Assembly (NCBI GenBank): GCA_964637935.1
Contig: CAZWXC010000001.1
Location: 4,772-34,580 of the forward strand
Length of the DNA: 29,809 bases
Direction of reading: 5' to 3'
Origin: an uncultured Flavobacteriales bacterium
GTDB taxonomy: Bacteria > Bacteroidota > Bacteroidia > Flavobacteriales_G > Salibacteraceae
Shown: in pieces, positions 23,988 through 29,809 of the stretch
How positions within the stretch are numbered: the first letter of the stretch is position 1
Layout of the letters: every line of letters begins with the position of its first letter
The notes under the pieces: model-generated
What the model was told of the DNA's origin: nothing
The model's database searches: none
Seen by the model: the letters and a program-made list of their open reading frames with translations, nothing else
Translations under genes and position numbers: made by a program

Positions 23988-25529
23988 ATGCAACCATTCA
24001 ACACCCTACGCCTCATACTTGGCGATCAGCTCAACGCTTCACATTCTTGGTATAAAACCAAAGACGAATCTGTGCTTTATGTAATGATGGAATTGCGCTC
24101 TGAAACCGACTACGCAACGCATCATATTCAAAAAGTAATTGGATTTTTCGCAGCAATGCGAGGTTTTGCAGATGCTTTGATTAAAGCTGGTCATCAAGTA
24201 ACATACTTGAAAATAAACGATGCTAACAACCGACAGACATTTACTGAAAACCTTAACGTTTTAATAGAACAATATCAGATAGAAAGCTTTGAATATCAAT
24301 TGCCAGACGAGTGGCGATTAGACGAGGAATTATCACGTTTTTGCACAAATGCTGTATTGGAAACCTCAGCGGTTGATTCAGAGCATTTTTACACTTCCCG
24401 CTTTGAACTGAAGCAACAATTTGAGGACAAAAAGCAAATTGTAATGGAAAGCTTTTATCGCGCCATGCGCAAAAAACATGATGTGATGATGGTGGCCGCT
24501 AAACCCATTACTGGCAAGTGGAATTATGATGCCCAAAACCGTAAAAAGCTGCCTAAAAACCATGAGGTTATTGAACCACTACTTTTCAAGCATGACTTAT
24601 CCGAAATAGAACAAGAAATAAAAGCAGCTGGCATAAAAACCATTGGTAACGCAGATAGCACTGCATTTTCTTGGCCCATAAACAGACAAGAATCGCGTCA
24701 AATACTGCAGTTTTTCCTGAAAGAATGCCTGCCGCAATTTGGTGATTTTCAAGATGCTATGCACCGTGAATATTGGAGCATGTATCACGCTCGGCTCTCC
24801 TTTTCTATGAACTTGAAAATGATCAGTCCTAAAGAAGTAGTTGATGCGGCTGTTCAACATTGGTTAGCTCATCAAGACGAAATCCATATTTCGCAAATTG
24901 AAGGTTTTGTAAGGCAGATCTTAGGCTGGCGCGAATACATGCGCGGCCTTTATTGGTGGAAAATGCCTGCATTCAAATCGATGAACTTTTTCGAAAACAA
25001 AGAAAAATTACCTGATTGGTACTGGACTGGAAATACCAAAATGGAATGCCTAAAAACCGCCATCAATCATTCGCTTGATTACAGCTATGCTCATCACATA
25101 CACCGGCTGATGGTCACAGGTAATTTTGCGCTGCTAGCAGGTGTTGACCCTGACCAAGTTGATGCTTGGTATTTGGGAATTTACATTGACGCCATAGAAT
25201 GGGTTGAAATAACCAACACGCGCGGAATGAGCCAATTTGCAGATGGCGGAATTACAGCAACCAAGCCGTATGTTTCTAGCGCGGCTTACATTCAAAAAAT
25301 GAGTCATTATTGTGAAAATTGCCATTACGACTACAAGAAAAAAACAGGTGAAAATGCTTGTCCGTTCAACTCGCTCTATTGGAATTTTTATGATCGAAAC
25401 AGAGCGCTTTTAGGCAAAAATCCCCGCATTGGAATGATGTATAACATTTGGGATAAAATGGATACAGAAATTAAAAAGGAATACTTATTGCAAGCTGAAA
25501 AATATCTTTCTGAAGTTAATTACATTTGA
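23988..25529 (+). CDS. Fe-S bacterial cryptochrome/(6-4) photolyase (CryB/PhrB, COG3046 class)
   Basis: LRLILGDQL, HH.QK...FFAAMR.FA, HHIHRLMVTGNF, TKPYVSS.AYI.KMS.YC..C.YD and ACPFNSLYW; four candidate cluster cysteines (MECL, YCENC, ACPF). Confidence 0.92.
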   Translation: MQPFNTLRLILGDQLNASHSWYKTKDESVLYVMMELRSETDYATHHIQKVIGFFAAMRGFADALIKAGHQVTYLKINDANNRQTFTENLNVLIEQYQIESFEYQLPDEWRLDEELSRFCTNAVLETSAVDSEHFYTSRFELKQQFEDKKQIVMESFYRAMRKKHDVMMVAAKPITGKWNYDAQNRKKLPKNHEVIEPLLFKHDLSEIEQEIKAAGIKTIGNADSTAFSWPINRQESRQILQFFLKECLPQFGDFQDAMHREYWSMYHARLSFSMNLKMISPKEVVDAAVQHWLAHQDEIHISQIEGFVRQILGWREYMRGLYWWKMPAFKSMNFFENKEKLPDWYWTGNTKMECLKTAINHSLDYSYAHHIHRLMVTGNFALLAGVDPDQVDAWYLGIYIDAIEWVEITNTRGMSQFADGGITATKPYVSSAAYIQKMSHYCENCHYDYKKKTGENACPFNSLYWNFYDRNRALLGKNPRIGMMYNIWDKMDTEIKKEYLLQAEKYLSEVNYI

Positions 25530-25551
25530 CAACCCCTTAAAAAGCTTTCGC

Positions 25552-25959
25552 ATGAAATTATTCGCATCTATTGTTGCCCTTTTTATCACTTTATCACTTT
25601 GTGCTCAAGACACGAAAATGGTTTTTCAATCATCAAACCTTGAAATGAACAAAAAAGGCGACAAAGTTCAGGCAAACAATCCTGAAGCAGTTACTACGAT
25701 TACTGTAGACCTGAAAACAAATGTTTTAACAATACAAACCACCAATGCCGACATTATTGAGTTGATGCGAAAAGATCTTGATCGCAAGATTGAAAAACAA
25801 CTGGGAGATGTTACAAAAACTCAATTCAGCCTTCAGCTTGAAGACATGATGTTTGCTCATTTTTACCTTGATAAAAACAAGATTATTTTGACTCGCAGCG
25901 ACATTCATCCATTAAAATGGGGAATACAAATGCGTGATATTATTTTAAGAGATAACTAA
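25552..25959 (+). CDS. Hypothetical exported protein (135 aa)
   Basis: Signal peptide MKLFASIVALFITLSLCA|Q; no recognised domain. Confidence 0.7.
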   Translation: MKLFASIVALFITLSLCAQDTKMVFQSSNLEMNKKGDKVQANNPEAVTTITVDLKTNVLTIQTTNADIIELMRKDLDRKIEKQLGDVTKTQFSLQLEDMMFAHFYLDKNKIILTRSDIHPLKWGIQMRDIILRDN

Positions 25960-25960
25960 G

Positions 25961-26575
25961 TTATCCCCAGCCTAGGTGCAGCGGCAAATAAACTGCACAA
26001 AAACCTATAATCCAACCTAAATAGATTTGTCGCAAATTGTGCGATTCTAGAATGTAACGCGCGCTTCCTACGGCTCCGCTTGCCAAAATACCGGCAATTA
26101 CTAACCAAATTATTGGCAATTGATACACTTGTGCCAAGCCAAAAAGCGAAGCTGTAATGCCACCCATGCCTATCATGTGGATGCTTATTTTGGTAAAGAA
26201 AGTGAAGATCAAAGCCAATCCTACAGCAATGCTACTACCTAGAAATATGGAATGAATGAGTGTTGGTAAAGCCACATCTTGCATCAACCAATAATTGGTA
26301 AGGTAAAAAAGCAACGCAAACGTGAAAGGGATAAGGCGGTCTTCTCTTGTGTGTAATTGAATAGACTTCACCATTCCGCGCCAGCGTAGAAAAAGCGTGA
26401 ATACAAGCGGAATAAGAGCAGTATTCACAAAAATCCAAGCAACTATAAACACTTGCTTAGCAAATGGCGTAGTTTGGCTAATATAGCTATTGAGCCCAAA
26501 AACAAACGCCAATCCAACGGTGGGCAAGAAGATCGGGTGAAAAATGTAAGAAAGTACTTGCGCTATTGCCCTCAT
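25961..26575 (-). CDS. Integral membrane protein, PAP2-like
   Basis: About 6 TM segments; FHP..LP, KISIHM.GMGG and SAR.IL..H...Q.Y.G; ATGA overlap with rpoN. Confidence 0.65.
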   Translation of the reverse strand: MRAIAQVLSYIFHPIFLPTVGLAFVFGLNSYISQTTPFAKQVFIVAWIFVNTALIPLVFTLFLRWRGMVKSIQLHTREDRLIPFTFALLFYLTNYWLMQDVALPTLIHSIFLGSSIAVGLALIFTFFTKISIHMIGMGGITASLFGLAQVYQLPIIWLVIAGILASGAVGSARYILESHNLRQIYLGWIIGFCAVYLPLHLGWG

Positions 26576-28032
26576 AATTCTTTTCTAAGCCTAGCAACCG
26601 GAATGTCAAGTTGTTCTCGGTATTTAGCAACCGTTCTTCTAGCGATATTATATCCTTTGGTTTTTAATTCTTTGGCTAAGTTCTCGTCTGTCCAAGGTTT
26701 GCGCTTGTCTTCAGAACCGATCAAGTCTTGTAAAATCTTCTTTACTTCTCGTGTACTCACTTCTTCACCTTCGTCATTTGTTAATGATTCTGAGAAGAAA
26801 TATTTCAATGGAAACGTGCCATAAGAAGTCTGTACATACTTGCTATTAGAAACGCGACTTACCGTGCTTATATCCATGTTTATACGCTCGGCAATGTCTT
26901 TCAAAATCATGGGTCTAAGCTTGGTTTCGTCACCACTCAAAAAGTATTCTTTTTGGTATTCAACAATGGTTTTCATTGTGGTGATAAGCGTATGCTGGCG
27001 TTGAAGTATGGCATCGACAAACCATTTGGCGCTGTCCAGCTTCTGCTTCACAAACATCATTGCTTCGCGCTGTGCCTTATTTGGCTGCCCTTTGATTTTC
27101 GCAAAATCATCCAACATTTCAGAATACTTTCTGCTTATGCGCAGTTCAGGTGCATTTCTACCATTAAGCAGCACTTGAATTTCGTCTCCTTCGTTTACCA
27201 ATGTAAAATCAGGAATTACCTGTTCTATTGGCCTGCTGGTCTCATTCATAGAGTTACCAGGCTTTGGATTCAAGTGCGTGATTTCTTCAATCGCATCTCT
27301 CAAATCCTCTTCCTCTATCTCTAGTTTATGAATGATTTTATCGTAATGTTTCTTTACAAACTCGTTGTAATGAAACTCTAAAATTTCTTTTGCGGTGCGC
27401 GTTGCGATGGTGTGCGGCTTTCGCCATATCTGAATTACCAAGCATTCTTGCAGATCTCTAGCACCAATGCCCGCAGGATCCATGTCTTGAATCACCTTTT
27501 TTAGTAAATGCTCCACTTCTTCTTCGGTGGTAAGTATGCTTTGGGTAAAGGCCAAATCATCAACAATAGAAGGCACTTCTCTGCGCAGATAACCGCTATC
27601 ATCAAGGCTGCCTATCAAATGCTCGCAAATAGTGAATTGCTTTTCAGTCAAGTTTCTGAGGCTTAACTGAGATGTAAGTCGATCGTGAAAAGTACTGACC
27701 GTGCCAATAGGCATGGTTTTGTCTTCATCATCTTTGCTATAATTGTTTGCTTCGTATTTGTAACCTGGAGTGTCATCATCATCCATGTAATCGCTGAAGT
27801 CAAACTCTTTTTCAGCATCACTTAGCTCATCGCCAAAGTTGTCGTCATCGTAATCTTCGTACTCGTCATCATTGCTCTCCTTGCCTTCTTCTAAGGCAGG
27901 ATTGCTCTCAATTTCGTCCTTTACGCGAGCTTCTAAAGCCAGCGTAGGCAGCTGCAACATCTTCATGAGTTGAATCTGTTGAGGACTCAACTTTTGAAGC
28001 ATTTTTTGCTGCATTGATTGTTTCATTGCCAT
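26572..28032 (-). CDS. rpoN: RNA polymerase sigma-54 factor
   Basis: Gln/Leu-rich region I (QKLSPQQIQLMKMLQLP), DP.GIGARDLQECL, L.P..LKDIA..I.MDISTVSRV and RpoN box ARRTVAKYRE. Confidence 0.98.
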   Translation of the reverse strand: MAMKQSMQQKMLQKLSPQQIQLMKMLQLPTLALEARVKDEIESNPALEEGKESNDDEYEDYDDDNFGDELSDAEKEFDFSDYMDDDDTPGYKYEANNYSKDDEDKTMPIGTVSTFHDRLTSQLSLRNLTEKQFTICEHLIGSLDDSGYLRREVPSIVDDLAFTQSILTTEEEVEHLLKKVIQDMDPAGIGARDLQECLVIQIWRKPHTIATRTAKEILEFHYNEFVKKHYDKIIHKLEIEEEDLRDAIEEITHLNPKPGNSMNETSRPIEQVIPDFTLVNEGDEIQVLLNGRNAPELRISRKYSEMLDDFAKIKGQPNKAQREAMMFVKQKLDSAKWFVDAILQRQHTLITTMKTIVEYQKEYFLSGDETKLRPMILKDIAERINMDISTVSRVSNSKYVQTSYGTFPLKYFFSESLTNDEGEEVSTREVKKILQDLIGSEDKRKPWTDENLAKELKTKGYNIARRTVAKYREQLDIPVARLRKEL

Positions 28033-28077
28033 AAACGAAATCTGATTTAAGCGTTCAAAATAGATGAGAAAGGTAAA

Positions 28078-29499
28078 TTAAAACTCAGCATTTTTTGGCG
28101 TTCTCGGAAAAGGAATTACGTCACGAATATTGGTCATACCCGTTACGAAAAGTATTAAACGCTCAAAACCAAGACCAAAGCCACTGTGAACGCAAGTACC
28201 AAATTTTCTTGTTTCGAGGTACCACCAAAGTGATTCTTCCTCAATTCCAAAATCAGCTACTTTCTGCTTTAGTACATCATAGCGCTCTTCTCTTTGCGAA
28301 CCGCCCACTATTTCGCCAATACCAGGAAATAAGATGTCCATTGCGCGAACGGTTTTTCCATCTTCGTTTAATCGCATATAAAACGCCTTGATTTTAGCTG
28401 GGTAATCGTACAAAATCACTGGCTTACCAAAGTGCTTTTCTACCAAGTAGCGTTCGTGCTCACTTTGCAAATCAGCGCCCCATTCTTCAATCAAGTATTT
28501 GAATTTCTTCTTTTTGTTTGGGTTTGAATTTTTCAAAATTTCGATGGCCTCAGTATAAGTGCATCGTTGAAAATCATTCTTCAATACAAAATCCAACTTC
28601 TCTAACAAAGGCATGCTGCGTTTGTCTTGTGGAAGTGCTTTTTCTTCTTGCTGCTGACGGTCATGTAAAAACTGAAGATCGTCTTTGCAGTTTTCCATGG
28701 CATAGTTGATCACATACTTCAAGCAGTCTTCGGCCAACTCCATGTTATCAAACAAGTCATTGAACGCCACTTCTGGCTCAATCATCCAAAACTCTGCAAG
28801 GTGACGTGTGGTGTTAGAATTTTCGGCTCTAAACGTTGGTCCAAACGTATAAATCTTGCCAAGTGCTGTCGCGAATAGCTCACCTTCAAGCTGGCCAGAA
28901 ACAGTTAGGTTAGTTTCTTTTCCGAAAAAATCTTCTTTATGATTGATGTGTCCATCTTCAGTTAAAGGTGGATTTTTAGGATCGAGTGTGCTTACGCGAA
29001 ACATTTCGCCTGCACCTTCTGCATCACTACCAGTAATAATTGGCGTGTGTGCCATAAAAAAGCCATTGTCATTGAAGTATTTATGAATGGCAAATTGCAT
29101 TGCGTGTCTCAATCTGAAAATGGCTCCAAACGTTTGAGTGCGTGGGCGCAAGTGAGCTATCTCACGCAAAAACTCCATCGAGTGTTTTTTTGGTTGTAGC
29201 GGATACTCATCAGGATGTGCATCGCCCAAAATGGTAATGCTTTCACAGATTAGTTCCACGCTTTGGCCTGCACCTTGAGATTCAACCACTTTGCCCGTGG
29301 CAGCAATACAAGCACCTGTTGTAATGCGCTTGAGTGTAGCTTCCGATTCCTTTTCAAAATCTACAACTACTTGCAAATTCTTTACAGTAGAACCATCGTT
29401 CAAGGCTACAAAACGATTACTTCTAAACGTTCTAACCCATCCTTTTACCGTGATGTTTTCGCCTATTGGCTCTGACTGAATAATTTGCTTGATGTCCAT
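28078..29499 (-). CDS. asnS: Asparagine--tRNA ligase (start moved from 29556 to ATG 29499)
   Basis: V.GWVRT.R...[49 protein letters not shown] and [10 protein letters not shown]. Confidence 0.97.
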   Translation of the reverse strand: MDIKQIIQSEPIGENITVKGWVRTFRSNRFVALNDGSTVKNLQVVVDFEKESEATLKRITTGACIAATGKVVESQGAGQSVELICESITILGDAHPDEYPLQPKKHSMEFLREIAHLRPRTQTFGAIFRLRHAMQFAIHKYFNDNGFFMAHTPIITGSDAEGAGEMFRVSTLDPKNPPLTEDGHINHKEDFFGKETNLTVSGQLEGELFATALGKIYTFGPTFRAENSNTTRHLAEFWMIEPEVAFNDLFDNMELAEDCLKYVINYAMENCKDDLQFLHDRQQQEEKALPQDKRSMPLLEKLDFVLKNDFQRCTYTEAIEILKNSNPNKKKKFKYLIEEWGADLQSEHERYLVEKHFGKPVILYDYPAKIKAFYMRLNEDGKTVRAMDILFPGIGEIVGGSQREERYDVLKQKVADFGIEEESLWWYLETRKFGTCVHSGFGLGFERLILFVTGMTNIRDVIPFPRTPKNAEF

Positions 29500-29607
29500 T
29501 TTTCTAAAAAATTGATAGACTGCAAAAGAACAAAGCAAAACGCACAAAAGCATCATGAAAATAGAGCAAAAAACAGGCTCGTTTTGATACTGTAAATTGG
29601 GATAAAT

Positions 29608-29644
29608 AAAAAAGCCTCACCCTATTTCTAGGATGAGGCTTTTT
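29608..29644 (-). terminator. Intrinsic terminator after the T9SS-cargo gene
   Basis: aaaaaa-GCCTCA-c-CCTA-tttc-TAGG-a-TGAGGC-ttttt. Confidence 0.85.
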
Positions 29645-29666
29645 ACCATTAAAAACTTATTTGAAC

Positions 29667-29809
29667 TTATTGCACAATAAACTCGATGCCGCGGCCTTCC
29701 ATGTTGCTGCTGCGTACAAAGTACACACCTGCTGCCAATGGCTTAACATCTAAGCTGATTGTGTTGATGCCTTCTACGGCTTGAACGCTCAGTGTCTCCA
29801 CTATTTGTC
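29667..29809 (-). CDS. 3' end of a protein with a T9SS type-A C-terminal sorting domain (partial; not in the ORF track)
   Basis: Hand translation: ...QIVETLSVQAVEGINTISLDVKPLAAGVYFVRSSNMEGRGIEFIVQ*, matching the L..GVYFV signature of Por secretion tails. Confidence 0.85.
   Translation of the reverse strand, partial: QIVETLSVQAVEGINTISLDVKPLAAGVYFVRSSNMEGRGIEFIVQ

Noticed and set aside
605-29479. The many 60-150-aa ORFs in the track that lie antisense to or out of frame within longer genes (e.g. 605-892, 4721-5101, 12639-13082, 13821-14147, 26453-26824)
   Set aside because: They are fully nested in well-supported genes, have no recognisable motifs and show shadow-ORF composition.
1-29809. 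CRISPR arrays, tRNA/rRNA genes, IS elements, prophage or defence genes
   Set aside because: No repeat-spacer series, RNA gene signatures, transposase, integrase or phage motifs were seen; intergenic gaps are all under about 260 bp.

Overview
A gene-dense, AT-rich window from a Bacteroidota genome, probably an aquatic Flavobacteriales-like organism. The lineage call rests on a T9SS type-A sorting domain, TAnnTTTG promoter elements and Gln at +1 after signal peptides. From left to right it holds: a minus-strand iscA/sufA-sufB-sufC-sufD Fe-S assembly operon with a 25-bp palindromic Fur-type box; a queuosine-precursor transporter; two tandem paralogous sensors (YfiR-like domain, coiled coil, TM, SpoIIE/PP2C phosphatase); a photoprotection neighbourhood (TIGR03643, a 45-aa DUF2256 gene missed by the ORF track, cryptochrome DASH, crtD-cruF-crtZ-crtY, and a [4Fe-4S] CryB/PhrB-type photolyase); an orphan TPR histidine kinase; a RelE/ParE-type toxin-antitoxin pair; and asnS-rpoN-PAP2-like. 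The standout is a four-gene operon at 13900-19242 that reads as a chaperone-usher-like fimbrial system. It has a PapD-like chaperone, a major subunit whose N- and C-terminal strands match class-5 (CFA/I/CS1) pilin, a paralogous subunit without the donor strand, and a 973-aa beta-barrel protein with two C-terminal Ig-like domains. To my knowledge this pilus class is not characterised in Bacteroidota. A second notable signal is a shared AAACYTT-N13/14-TGTT motif just upstream of three separate light-protection genes. All family calls come from motif recognition by eye; no searches were run.
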